From positions 992,001-1,056,000 of the forward strand of contig OY969763.1 in the NCBI GenBank assembly GCA_963702845.1: a DNA stretch of 64,000 nt. Direction: 5' to 3'. Every line of letters begins with the position of its first letter. Position 1 is the stretch's first letter. The DNA comes from an uncultured Verrucomicrobiae bacterium. Lineage in GTDB: Bacteria > Verrucomicrobiota > Verrucomicrobiia > Limisphaerales > Palsa-1400. Positions 23,601-33,531 of the stretch are shown piece by piece. The notes beneath the pieces were generated by a model. That model was not told where the DNA came from. It saw only the letters and a list, made by a program, of their open reading frames with translations, and did no database searches. Both the position numbers and the translations under genes were made by a program.

Positions 23601-25164
23601 GATCGTAACGCATTACATCGCCCGCGACGGCGGTGGCAATTGCGTTCGTTGCTGAAACCATGCCGGTTTTGCTGGCAACGAGTTGATGAACGGTCCCCGC
23701 GGCTGTTGCGGAAACCTGGGCGGCGATGTAGTAGCCGTTGCCATCGGTCGTCACTGTAGAACCTCCCGTGACAGTCACGGTCACATTGTCCACGTTGGTG
23801 CCAGTGATTTGATCTTTGACCTGACCCCACATAATTCCTTCTGTCGCGGTGGCGGAATTACGCCATGGCATTGTGGGAGTCGAAACGACATTGGTATAGA
23901 GATTGACGGTGATGAAATTCCACCAGGAAGTAGGTGTGGCGGTGTTATTCGGCACGCCGTACGAGTAGGTGGCTGTCCCAGTGAGGCCAATGCTGTAAGC
24001 GTATTTGAGCATGTTCAGATTGCTCTGGTCGGTGTTGAGGTATGCGCCCAGCCCGGGGAAAATGGCCCTGTTGTATTGCCAGCACGAACTACACTTGTCG
24101 GCCCAATTAGTGAATGTGCTGAGGCTATACGTTTGTGGAATCGCCGTGTCTATCCAGCCGTTTTGGAGCATGCCGGCCCAATCGATCCAGTCAGCGTAGG
24201 GCTTGGTATTGCTGAAAGTGCAATTGAGAGGCGTTGGGCTGTAGGCTTCTGCAGCAGTTGAGTGACGAAGCGGTTGGCGTGGATTGGTTTTGATCGATTG
24301 GATTTCAGCCTGGCAACGTGCCATCAGTTCGTTGCGGAAACGGCGACGATAGTTGCTCCAGGTGGCATCTGTTGTCAGCGGAGTTCCGCTTGTGCCAGTG
24401 ATTGCGCGATAACGCGCGAGGCCAGATCTGACATAGGTTAATGTGCTGTAAGCCGGGTAGCCGTAACCTTGAGAAAATCCAGTTCCGTTGATTTCGTCGT
24501 CCCAGTTGATGCCGTCGATGGGATAGTTTGTGACCAGCTCTCGAACGATACTGACAATGTAATCTTGTGCGTCTGGGGAGCCCATATCCAAGAGGTAGCT
24601 ACTGTCTAAGGGATTGCTCGCGTTGGCTTCGCTGTTTGTATACGGGACCATGAACCACTCCGGGTGTGCGGTTAACGTCGTGTTGCCCGCAGGAGGCCAT
24701 GCTGCAGAAGCCGCGGAAACACGGTACGGTCCGCCGCCGCTGCCACCGAGCCATGCGTGAACTTCGATTCCTTTTGAATGCGCGTAGGTGCAAAGAGACG
24801 CCAGCGGATCGAAACCGGCACTGACTCGGCTCGACCACGGCAGGATCGAAGATTTGTATTGCGCGCCGTGTGAGGTGGAGCCCGATGGGTGATCCATATA
24901 CGCGACTGTTTGAAAAATGATCGCGTTGTAATGTGCATTGGCCAGAGTATTGACCATGTTGGTCACGTCTGTGCCGTTTGCTATGGCGGAATTAAATACG
25001 TCGGCCCAAGCGGCGCGGAATTGCTGCTGCGCGTGGAGCGGGGTGGCAAGCGCGATTAAAAGCGCGATGACAAGCCGGGTTTGGGTGAAATTTATCAATT
25101 TTCGCCGGAGCGAATTAAATTGATAGACAGAATACGTGCGTTGGGTCCGTTGGGTTTCGGGCAC
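20656..25164 (-). CDS. large secreted GHL10/DUF187 glycosyl hydrolase-like protein with Ig repeats, B-repeat, golvesin-like module and C-terminal TIGR02597-like domain
   Basis: QFRAAWAD, FDPL...AHSKGIEVHAW, HPEW, YPIDGINWDD; four ITxQP..YQW Ig units; IVDN...VVIADAIKW; C-terminal SDPVGFIKLSLPGNSDTFVSLPF...IEPYWTLNTAFP. Confidence 0.75.
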   Translation of the reverse strand: MPETQRTQRTYSVYQFNSLRRKLINFTQTRLVIALLIALATPLHAQQQFRAAWADVFNSAIANGTDVTNMVNTLANAHYNAIIFQTVAYMDHPSGSTSHGAQYKSSILPWSSRVSAGFDPLASLCTYAHSKGIEVHAWLGGSGGGPYRVSAASAAWPPAGNTTLTAHPEWFMVPYTNSEANASNPLDSSYLLDMGSPDAQDYIVSIVRELVTNYPIDGINWDDEINGTGFSQGYGYPAYSTLTYVRSGLARYRAITGTSGTPLTTDATWSNYRRRFRNELMARCQAEIQSIKTNPRQPLRHSTAAEAYSPTPLNCTFSNTKPYADWIDWAGMLQNGWIDTAIPQTYSLSTFTNWADKCSSCWQYNRAIFPGLGAYLNTDQSNLNMLKYAYSIGLTGTATYSYGVPNNTATPTSWWNFITVNLYTNVVSTPTMPWRNSATATEGIMWGQVKDQITGTNVDNVTVTVTGGSTVTTDGNGYYIAAQVSATAAGTVHQLVASKTGMVSATNAIATAVAGDVMRYDLTLNSAPSGPSITSQPSSQTVGAGTNVIFSVGASGSGLSYQWKKNTVNLSNTGNISGAAAANLTITSPTTADAASYTVVVSNSGGSATSSVATLTVVNPPGITGQPQSVTATTGQSAQFTVTATGAGLSYQWRLNGTPVAGATLSTLSLNPVQPTNAGSYSVVITNVAGSVTSGNASLTVVYTLSISGMGSGSVGVSPSQPTYASNTLVTVTATPSAGKTFLNWAGDATGSTNPLGVTMNANKSVIAVFSDAATDLIVDNADPGTVLVGGWTSSTTTPPFYAANYSVASTSIGSTTATATFRPTIFAAGRYDLYLYFTSGSNRSTNAPYTLQHNGVNETITFDQSVNGANANGSNWVLLTSAKQFASGTNDYVQLGNNALVSGKVVIADAIKWTYSAIQNAPAITNQPQSLAINATQSATFSAAASGESLSWTWFKNSSPLSNGGNIIGATTHSLTIFNASQSNAGTYTAVASNVLGTATSSAATLTVYDPPAITSQPQSDTSLQGQSVFFVVVATGTAPLNYRWRKNAANLTDSSNISGSSTSALTIRSAGPSDVASYSVIVSNITTATVTSSSATLTIVSNVIPFVSMVSNVDGTVSMTWQSDDSTGYTLQYKDNHTDLTWNTLGSYVASSSTLTVTDAPAASIQRFYQLFSSQRVSDPVGFIKLSLPGNSDTFVSLPFARAGGTRIIVNSVSGNVVTADGSPNWTPNQFVYASGTQSNTYYARFASGTTEGRIYQVTANTANALTLSLGSDTLSSVAVGDVISIEPYWTLNTAFPNGAGVIASPLAGNRYTEVLIPNTTDSGINLSAAKVYFFNAGIWKQVSDGANNHNDDVLQPNIHFIVRHNVPTNTTAMTLGAVITAKLAITLRVQSTVSQDNYIGLARPVAVSLDDSGLVSSGAFSISPLPGSRTDELLIFNNASIGHNKSASADYYYWNSAWRQVGAGSADVGTNLIFQPGNAVIIRKYTNSISPVWTNSPNW

Positions 25165-25251
25165 GATGACAGGTAATCATATCCATAAGGCGCTGTCAAG
25201 ATGAACGAGGCTCAACTGCGATGCAGAAGTCACTGATTATGATACAGGCGG

Positions 25252-28193
25252 CTACTTAGAATCGCGTTGTAAGTAGGAGAATAGGTCCATGAGTTCTTTT
25301 GGCTGGAGCGACTCAAGGAGGCCTTCGGGCATGAGGGACAGTTGCGATTCGCGCATGGCGCGGAGATTGTCGCGCGGGATGGTGTGCTTCTGGTTGTTTC
25401 GGTCCAGGACCGTGACTGAAGCCGGGGAGGAATCGACGACGAGGCCGCTGAGGTTTTGGTCGTCTTTGGTTTCGACGTCGAAGTTGACGTATTCGGGGCG
25501 GATGTAGGCGCTTGGGTTAACGATGTTGAGCAATAGGACGTCGAGGTTTTTGCGATCGATGCCGGTGAGGTCGGGGCCGATTTTGTTGCCTTCGCCGAAG
25601 AGGGTGTGGCAGACGGCGCAGGTTTTCTGGAAGGTTTTTTTGCCTTCGGTTGGATTGCCGGTGGCATCACGGCCGGCTGCGCCGCTGGGGTGAATGACCA
25701 ATTTAAGACGGTTGATGATGTTTTGTTTTTCGGCGGGGGAGCTGGTTTGGATTTTGCCCCAGAGTTTTTCGATGCGCGGGAGAAGATCTTTGAAGGTTGC
25801 GATTTGACGAACCTGGTCGAGAGATATGTCCCTGGGTGTGAGATTCTTTGCTTCGACGGTTGCGATGAGTGTTGAGGCCCACGTGGGGCGAGAGCAAAGG
25901 GCGTTGACGATTTGCGTGCGGTTGGCTGGAGGGACATGCGGATAAAGATCGATCAACTCGGAGGCTATCTGTGGATCGGAATATCGTTCGACGGCGGAGA
26001 GGGCAGCGTTGCGGATTGAATCCGATTTGGTTTCGCGGAGCAGGGTGGTTAAGAGAGGGAGGAAGCGAGGGTTGCCGTTTTGGGCGAGTGAGTCGATCAG
26101 TGAAATGCGATCAGGTTTCGGCACTGTTTCATCGATGATTAATCGCTGCGCGGTTGTTTCGGAAGGCGCGTGCTGCATGCGGACGCCGAGCCGAATCAAA
26201 CGAACATCATTTTGGGATTTTGTGGGCAATGACGTTATCCATGCGCCGAACGAATCGGGAACGCGGGTTGATTTTGCCAGACCTGCGTCCATGCCTTTAA
26301 GGATCGGCCCGATGCGATTTGCCTGTGACCCAGCAGCGCGCAAAAGAGTCATGCAAGCGTCGAGATCGTATTCAGAGGCGTAGCGGCGGGCGACTTTTTC
26401 GAGGATTGCGTTTGTGGCGAGGCGATCGTCTGAAAACATTTTCACAACGACATCTCGATTTGAGATTGTTTTATTTTCGAGAGCCCACCAATCCAGAAGC
26501 GGAATGCAAGGGTCATTGGCATCTTCGATGCGCAGGAGCAGTTCGTGAATGATTGGCAGGGCGTCGTCGCCGGGAAGTCTCTTGGCCGAGCACGCTAACT
26601 GCGCACGAACTGGTGCGCTTTGCTCATTGTGCGCTAGCTCGACGAGCGCTTCGCGAATTGAGTTGGAGACGTTGTGTGAGTCGGCCAACAACCGAACGGT
26701 CCATTTGCGAATATTCGCGTTGCTGTGGTGTAGGAGTTTCGCCGCCGTGGCTTCGTTGAAACCGCCGCTCACGTAAAGAGCCCACAACGACTCGAGTTGA
26801 AGGTGTGCGTTGGTGGAAGAAAGAACAGTGTTTAGCAGTTGTGGGACGATGGAAGTATCGCGTCGCTCCGCCAAAATGCGGCGAGCTTCGCGGGCGAACC
26901 ATTCGTTTTTGTCATTCAGAAATTGGAGAAGTTCTGTGCTGGTTTTTGTTTCGAACGATGGAAGCGCGACGTTGGTATCTGCCTGTGCGTATTGCACGCG
27001 ATAGACGCGGCCGTTGCTGCGGTCCCAAGTATCGAGAGGATCGACATGGGTGACGCGTTTGTCGCACCAGTCGGCGATATAGACTGCGCCGTCGGGACCG
27101 ACGCTGCAGTTAACGGGTCGGAACAGGTTATCGTCTGTTTTCAATATCTCGCCGCCGAAGGTGGACTGGAACGTGGAGCCGTGCGGCTTGAGCGTGGACC
27201 AATAAACGGAAGTGTCGAGCGGGTGGCCGGAGATGTAGGCGTGATTGAACTCAGTCGGGAACGCGCCGCCGTTGTAGATGATGCCGCCGGTGGAAAGGTG
27301 ATGGCCGCGATTGCCGTGTGTGCGGGACGTGTTCGAAATAGCCGTAAGTGTATGGGTTGTGGAGCGCGCCGTGTTTGCCGAAGTTCTTTACGTAATACGC
27401 GCCTTGCAGCGCGTGGAGCATTTGTTCGCTCGCATTTGTGCCGCAGAAAATTTCGCCGTCGTCGTCGAAATCGAGGCCCCAAAGATTTCCGCCGCCTTCG
27501 GCGAATAATTCGAACTGGTGCGTGACAGGGTGATAGCGCCACACGCCTTGTTGAAATTCGATGCCGCGAACGTGCGCCGTCACGGTGCTGCCTTGCACAC
27601 CATAAAGCCAGCCGTCTGGCCCCCATGTCAGGGAGTTTGCGAACGCGTGCGCGTCTTCCATGCCGAAGCCGGTGAGCAAAATTTCAGGATCACTGTCGGG
27701 AACGTCATCGCGGTTTTTGTCGGGATAGAAGAGCAGGTAAGGGGACTGCATCACGAAGACGCCGCCGTGACCGATGGCAAAACCGGTGCAGAGATTTAAG
27801 CCAGTGATGAAATTTTTGTAGCGGCGCGCGTGACCGTTGGCGTCGAAGTCGTCGCAAATCGTGATCTTATCGGCACCCTTCGGACCGCGTGGGGGCGGTT
27901 CGGGAACGCGATCGTAAGTGGTGCGCAGATATTGATCGACCTTTGTGGGTTTCAGTCCCGCAGGGGTGGGATATTGGATGTATTGCAGCACCCAAAGGCG
28001 GCCACGGTCGTCGAAATTGAGACAGAGTGGCTGGCGGATTTCGGGTTCGTTCGCGACCAGTTGAACGACGAAGCCCGGAGGGACGGTCATTTTATCAAGC
28101 GATTGTTGAGGAGGAAGGCCGTGTGCCGTGAATGCAACAAAAACGGTGCGCAAGCCACACGCACTCCAAACGCTTCGCGAGGATTCGAGCCAT
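25252..28193 (-). CDS. PVC-type heme-binding CxxCH protein (frameshift near 27320; start uncertain)
   Basis: VQLVANEPEIRQP..FDDRGRLWV, WGPDGWLYG, GPDGAVYIADW, HEAT repeats, CAVCH..IGPDL, SLMPEGL, over two ORFs. Confidence 0.82.
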
Positions 28194-28203
28194 GGGGTGT
28201 CTT

Positions 28204-29604
28204 CTACTTCGAAATTGGAACTTCGTCTTCGATACGAGCGGTGGCCAGTTGCGCGGATGACAGTTTGGATTCGGATTCTGGTAATCGTTCGTTCAAAACG
28301 TCTTTGGCGCGTTTGAGGTCGAGTTCGTTTTCCCATCGAGCGATGACGATCGTGGCGGTGGCGTTGCCGATGAGGTTGGTCATCGAGCGAGCCTGGGCCA
28401 TGAACCAATCGACACCGAGAATCAGGACCATTCCTTCGACGGGAATGGTTTTCATCGAGGAAAGCGTCGCAGCTAAAGTGATGAACGCGCTGCCGACGAC
28501 GGTGGCTGCGCCTTTCGATGTGAGTAGGCAGACAATGAGGACGGCGAATTCCTGCGCGAAGGTCAGGTGAGTATTGGTCGCTTGTGCGATAAATAGCGCG
28601 CCCATGGTGAGGTAGACGGATGTGCCGTCGAGATTGAACGAGTAGCCGGCCGGAAGAACCAGGCCGACGAGCGGCTTGGAGCAGCCGAGGTTTTCGAGCT
28701 TGGCGAACATGCGTGGCAGGACTGATTCCGACGAAGCCGTGCCGAAGACGATGAACAGCTCGTCACGGAAATATTTCAACAGCTTGAGAACGTTGAGATT
28801 GTTGTAACGCAGCAACGCGCCGAGGCAGATGAGGATAAAGCTGAGGCACGTGAGATAAATGCAGGCCATCATCTTGCCGAGTGGCACGAGCGATTTGAGC
28901 CCGAATTTCGAAATGGTGAAACTCATCGCACCGAACACAGCGAACGGCGCGAGTTTGATAATCATGGCTATCATTCCCATGAGCGCGCGCGCGACTTGTT
29001 CGAGCGCAAGAATCACCGGCCGGTTGGATTCGCCGAGCGCGGACATCGCCATGCCGAACAACACCGAAATAAAGAGCACCGGCAAAATATCTCCGCGGGC
29101 AAAGGCGCCAACAATCGTATCGGGAATGATGTTCAGCAGCATGTCCACAAAACCGTGGTGCTCGGGAATATTTGTAAGTTTGGATTGCAGGTCGGCAATG
29201 CTGAGACTGGCCACCGCAACGTTCATCCCTTCACCGGGCTTGACGGTTTTCGCCACCAGCCAGCCGATGACGAGGGCGAGCGTGGTCATGATTTCGAAGT
29301 AAATAAACGCTTTGGCGCCGATGCGGCCGATGCGTTTGAGATTTCCCATGCCCGCCATTCCAACGACAACGGTCGTGAAGATGATCGGCGCGATCACCAT
29401 GCGGATGAGTTTGATGAAGCCGTCGCTCAGCGGTTTGAAGACGACTCCGGAAAATTCCCGGACGACCATGTTCGGCGGCCCAATGAAGGTCGACGGTTCT
29501 TTTTGGAGGACTTTTTCCGGGAGAAGGATTCCGGTTGCTATACCGATCAAGGTTCCAATAAGCACCCAGAAATAAAGATGATGATAAAAACGTTTGCGCT
29601 GCAT
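28204..29604 (-). CDS. dctA: C4-dicarboxylate:cation symporter DctA
   Basis: FIKLIRMVIAPIIF, GTASSESVLP, GYSFNLDGT, FITLAATL. Confidence 0.88.
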   Translation of the reverse strand: MQRKRFYHHLYFWVLIGTLIGIATGILLPEKVLQKEPSTFIGPPNMVVREFSGVVFKPLSDGFIKLIRMVIAPIIFTTVVVGMAGMGNLKRIGRIGAKAFIYFEIMTTLALVIGWLVAKTVKPGEGMNVAVASLSIADLQSKLTNIPEHHGFVDMLLNIIPDTIVGAFARGDILPVLFISVLFGMAMSALGESNRPVILALEQVARALMGMIAMIIKLAPFAVFGAMSFTISKFGLKSLVPLGKMMACIYLTCLSFILICLGALLRYNNLNVLKLLKYFRDELFIVFGTASSESVLPRMFAKLENLGCSKPLVGLVLPAGYSFNLDGTSVYLTMGALFIAQATNTHLTFAQEFAVLIVCLLTSKGAATVVGSAFITLAATLSSMKTIPVEGMVLILGVDWFMAQARSMTNLIGNATATIVIARWENELDLKRAKDVLNERLPESESKLSSAQLATARIEDEVPISK

Positions 29605-29703
29605 GGGTGCTATGTCGGCGATGTTCTTAGCCGTAAACGCGCGCGCAAACAAGGAAAGTATTTTCCAGAACGCTAACGTCGTCTAAATCTTGAATTCTAA
29701 AAT

Positions 29704-30705
29704 TTATCCGAGCCACTTGGGATTATGCGCAGTGCCGTCGTAGTTGGAGGTGGTTTTAAATTTTTCAAACTTGCCGGTTGCGGCGGCTTCGGCGGTGCGG
29801 GCCAGGAGTTGTTTAACGGCGCTGGCGGAAAGCGGTTTGAAGGTGCGGGCAGCCTGAAGAGCTTGTTGCAGGTTTTCCATGCTTTCCATTCCAGTGATGA
29901 CGACGGACGTGGGAAGGTTCATCGCATAGTGCAACGCTTCAATCGCTGAAACGGTGTTGGTTTTGAGCAAATTGCCAGCGGCCAATGGCTTCATTCCGAG
30001 AATGCCCATGTTCTTTTTCACCGCGACTGGCACGACCTTGTGCTCGAAACTGCGAAAGTGTGCGTCGAGAACGTTTAGTGGCATTTGCACGGTGTCGAAG
30101 GTGAACCCGTGTTGCTCGGCGATTTCAATACAGCGCAGATGAATTTGCGGATCTTTGTGGCCGGTGAAACCTATGTGACGGATTTTGCCGGCCTGTTTGG
30201 CTTCAGCTAATGCTTCCATCGCGCCGCCGGGTGCAAAAATCACATCCGGATCCTCGAAGCGAATGATCTCGTGCATTTGCAACAAATCGAGGTGGTCGGT
30301 TTGCAAACGCTGCAGGGATTCGTCGATCTGTTTGGCGGCAGCTTGTTTGTTGCGGCCGTCGATCTTCGTCATCAAGAACGCCTTTTCACGATAGCCATCG
30401 CGGAGTGCTTTGCCCATGCGCACTTCGCTGTCGCCGTCGTGATAGTCCCAACAGTTGTCCATGAAGTTGATGCCCGAATCGAGCGCGGTGCGAATGATCT
30501 TGATGCCTTCTTCTTCGCTTGGATTGCCGATGTGAAAACCGCCGAGGCCAATGCAGGAAACTTTCTCACCAGTGCGGCCAAGTGTCCGGTAGGGGACATC
30601 GCCCCGTTTTTCGGCGGCGAGTGCCGACGCGCTCGTGCTCACAGCGAGACCGGTTGCGACGGTCAGTTTGACAAAGTCACGGCGAGTGTATGCATTGGTG
30701 TCCAT
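29704..30705 (-). CDS. aldo/keto reductase with Tat-like signal
   Basis: TRRDFVK; YRTLGRTGEKVSCIGLGG; FMDNCWDY; SLQRLQTDHLDL.Q.H. Confidence 0.88.
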   Translation of the reverse strand: MDTNAYTRRDFVKLTVATGLAVSTSASALAAEKRGDVPYRTLGRTGEKVSCIGLGGFHIGNPSEEEGIKIIRTALDSGINFMDNCWDYHDGDSEVRMGKALRDGYREKAFLMTKIDGRNKQAAAKQIDESLQRLQTDHLDLLQMHEIIRFEDPDVIFAPGGAMEALAEAKQAGKIRHIGFTGHKDPQIHLRCIEIAEQHGFTFDTVQMPLNVLDAHFRSFEHKVVPVAVKKNMGILGMKPLAAGNLLKTNTVSAIEALHYAMNLPTSVVITGMESMENLQQALQAARTFKPLSASAVKQLLARTAEAAATGKFEKFKTTSNYDGTAHNPKWLG

Positions 30706-30711
30706 AAACTA

Positions 30712-30751
30712 AAACATGGCTCCGGCGAGCCCGGCGTTCAACCGGAATTTC
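30712..30751 (-). promoter_or_regulatory. leaderless-type promoter, copy 1 of a 40-bp repeat
   Basis: TTGAAC-17nt-CATGTT-7nt-ATG; 37/40 identical to 41517-41556. Confidence 0.6.
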
Positions 30752-30789
30752 GAGGGGCTCGGCTATCAATGTCGAACAACATCCTATTA

Positions 30790-31310
30790 GCGGTAACATC
30801 TTTTTGTTTTGGTGAGAAAAAGTTGGAAAAGGTGAGAAAAGATTGGAAAACCTGCAATGCAACTGAACTGACTGACCCTGACCATCGCACCGCTCAAAAT
30901 AATTTTAGGTTCGGAATGGTTCGGTTTACCTCGGTTTGGTTCGGTTTGGTTCGGGATCAATCGAATATTGTCCCCCCTTACCCCCCTCTGGACCCGTCAC
31001 GCCGTCCCAAGGCACGTAAACATTGATGGTGGCGGTTCCCCCACGAGCCTGACCAATTCAACCTCGGACGGTTCCGCAGGGGGAGTCATTAATAACAAGG
31101 ACCCTTTGATGCCAAAAATAAAATTTTAATTTTTTGGCGTTATGAGCCGTTATGAAGCGTTACAAGCCGTGATGACGCGTCATGCCAAAACGGGGCGAGC
31201 GCCACTTTGGCGCAGTTTTGTGATTTCAAAGAACATTCGCCTTCGCAGGCGTCCGGCATGCACCGCCGGCTGCTGCAAGGTTTAACATGAAGTTGCGACA
31301 TATGTCAAGC
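30790..31310 (-). other. non-coding unit A: TTGACA promoter, boxA-like element and decamer-repeat modules
   Basis: TTGACA near 31303-31308, TGTTCTTTGAAA at 31224-31235, and three blocks of 10-nt-period repeats. No credible ORF. Confidence 0.5.
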
Positions 31311-31690
31311 GTTGCAAGTTAAACCGATTTCGCGCGAAGGCTTCGAACCGCCGACTGGTAATCGGGGCTCGCTCCGCTCGGGGAGCAAAGAACGCGACGA
31401 TGGTCACTACGGACCTTAACAAGGGAGTGGCGGCTAACTTTATCGGCGGCGAATCTGGGAGCGTTCTGTTTTCTTGTTCGAGGACGGCAAAGCCTTTCTC
31501 TGATGCCGCCGTAAGATGATGTCTTCTGCTGACAACCGTTTTCGTCTGATGGTTTGAAACGCCTCGGTGGTGAACTCTGGGCCTCAGTGTTTTCCCCAAC
31601 AGACAAACCATGTTTATCGCTGCCGCACCATCCGTGCGAGCTAAGCGGTTCTTGGGAAACAAAACACAAACAATAGAAACTAAAACACCT

Positions 31691-32512
31691 ATGAAGCTAA
31701 AACACATAGCAATCTGTCTGATTGCGGCGGCCATGTCCGCATTGACAGCAAGAGCGCACATTCTGGTCACCGTTCTTTGTCCCGAAAGCGGCAAATCGGC
31801 GGCGGGCATTCACGTGTGCGCAACAAAGGCCAACAATCCTGAAAACCAACTTTGTGGCGAAACCGATGAAAACGGCTTTGTAAACTTCGTCCCGAATGCT
31901 GGGGGCATTTACCACGTCTGCGTCGATACTACCACCCTGCCGGCCGGGGCGATCCTCGCTAACCCTTGCCAGGACATTGATTTCGAAGGCGTCGACATCG
32001 CCGTCGAATTCGATCTTGGTGGCTCCTTCTGCGAATCCGCTCCGCCGCCATCGGCGTGCTGGGAGACTGGCGGGGGCACCTTCCTCAAGGTCAAAGGCCA
32101 ACCTGTGTGGACCTTTGGTGGCGTCATCTATCCCGGGTGCAGTCCTACGGCTGCGGGCGGTGGAAACTTGAACATCGTTAACCATGTCACAGGCCTTCAC
32201 TTCAAGGGCACCGACTTCGTCGTTGACGACTGCAGGGGCGTCGCGACCAAATCACCGAAGGTCACGGTTAACATCATTGACTGGCATGGCACCGGCTACG
32301 TGAGTGGCGCCGACGAATCGAAGAAGACGCCGGTTACTTTCGTCGGCACGTTTAGAGATGCTAAGGAGAGTGGCGCTAGCGCCGACGGGCTGTATATCAA
32401 AGTGCTGGATCTGAGCGGTCATGTGCTATTCCAGATCGGCGGCGGTCCTGATGACCTGCAGCTGCTCAGCACGGGCAATGTTCAGATTCACCAGAGCAGT
32501 TGCGGCAAGTAG
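31691..32512 (+). CDS. secreted Cys-containing hypothetical protein (possibly a post-COAP-1-like C-terminal domain)
   Basis: Signal peptide MKLKHIAICLIAAAMSALTARA; TGGG...TFGG...GNVQIH pattern; followed by a terminator. Confidence 0.6.
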   Translation: MKLKHIAICLIAAAMSALTARAHILVTVLCPESGKSAAGIHVCATKANNPENQLCGETDENGFVNFVPNAGGIYHVCVDTTTLPAGAILANPCQDIDFEGVDIAVEFDLGGSFCESAPPPSACWETGGGTFLKVKGQPVWTFGGVIYPGCSPTAAGGGNLNIVNHVTGLHFKGTDFVVDDCRGVATKSPKVTVNIIDWHGTGYVSGADESKKTPVTFVGTFRDAKESGASADGLYIKVLDLSGHVLFQIGGGPDDLQLLSTGNVQIHQSSCGK

Positions 32513-32538
32513 CACCTGGTGGAATAGTTTGGCCATAG

Positions 32539-32571
32539 AGCCGCGAGCGTTCCTGAACGCTCGCGGCTTTT
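32539..32571 (+). terminator. intrinsic terminator
   Basis: AGCCGCGAGCGTTC-CT-GAACGCTCGCGGCT hairpin plus a T run, 26 nt after the stop codon. Confidence 0.7.
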
Positions 32572-32799
32572 AGTTATTGTGTCATTACAGCCCAGCACAA
32601 AATAAAGGGGTGTTTCGCTTGGGGCCAGCCACCCGAATCTCCTCCACAATGCGCAACGGTTATACGGATCGGTTGGAGTTGCTGGAGGGAAGATGTCTCG
32701 CGAAGGACGCAAAGGTAGAACCGGAATTAGAACACACTATAATAGACGCCGTACTGAGGTGAACTTGACCTGCATCAATGGAATGCGGTGCAATGAAAT

Positions 32800-33317
32800 A
32801 TCGAGAATCCAAAAAATTCAAAAATGTTGCTCATTGTCGCTCATTCCTTCTCATTCCTTCTCATTGGAGAAACATGGAGAAACATTGGAGAAACAATGGA
32901 GAAACTCTTTAACGTTAATTGTTTCTCCTAAGTTTCTCCTGCCGCCTTAGCTTTTTGACCGCCTTCCCAAACAAGGCTCATAAAAATAAAAGAATTTACG
33001 CTTTAAGAACCTTGATAAACCTTTAGGAACCTTGATTCGCAAGGGTTTGTCACAGTGATGCCGAACCAACGTGGCAAGCGGTCCGCTTCGCAACCTTTAA
33101 CATCTTTTTGTTCTGGTGGTAAAAAACGGTAAAAAGCGGTAATGGCCGGAATTCCGCGGTAAGCGGCGGTTTGCCGGCGTCCAATTTGCTGCGTTTTGTC
33201 AAAGATCCGCCTTCGCCAAGGCTTCGGCGCGACAAGTCCGCGTTCAGTAAGCCCAAGAGCTCAGGGCTGCAAATTCAGCAGCAGCTTCATATTAGAAAAA
33301 GAGAGTTACTGTGTCAA
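32800..33317 (-). other. non-coding unit B: consensus sigma70 promoter, boxA-like element and decamer-repeat modules
   Basis: TTGACA-17nt-TAATAT at 33317-33289, GGATCTTTGACA at 33197-33208, and four blocks of 10-11-nt-period repeats. No credible ORF. Confidence 0.55.
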
Positions 33318-33388
33318 GCGTGGGGAGAAAAGTGAGAGTGAGAGTGAAAGTGCATAGGGGGCGGGGAGACCAAGGATTACAAACCATC

Positions 33389-33516
33389 CAATCGCGCAAA
33401 CATTCCCCAACGCAACGCTTGTTCGCCGACGCCGCCGAATCGAATTGTTTATCTACTCAGCGCAAAGGAGAAATCTACGACTTCAAAACGAACCATACTA
33501 AGGGTTGACCCTCCGA
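33389..33516. repeat. ~128-bp direct repeat, copy 1
   Basis: CAATCGCGCAAACATTCCCCAACGCAACGCTTG...CTACGACTTCAAAACGAACCATACTA.GGGTTGACCCTCCGA; roughly 90% identical to 36278-36406. Confidence 0.9.
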
Positions 33517-33531
33517 CTTTAATCGAGCCAA

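Noticed and set aside
31400..31690. Riboswitch (e.g. c-di-GMP-I) in the long leader of the 31691 gene
   Set aside because: Only an isolated GGCAAA is present; the paired consensus elements could not be found.
31224..33208. rRNA or tRNA genes downstream of the boxA-like elements
   Set aside because: No 16S/23S/5S signatures or cloverleaf with a TTCGA T-loop were recognisable.
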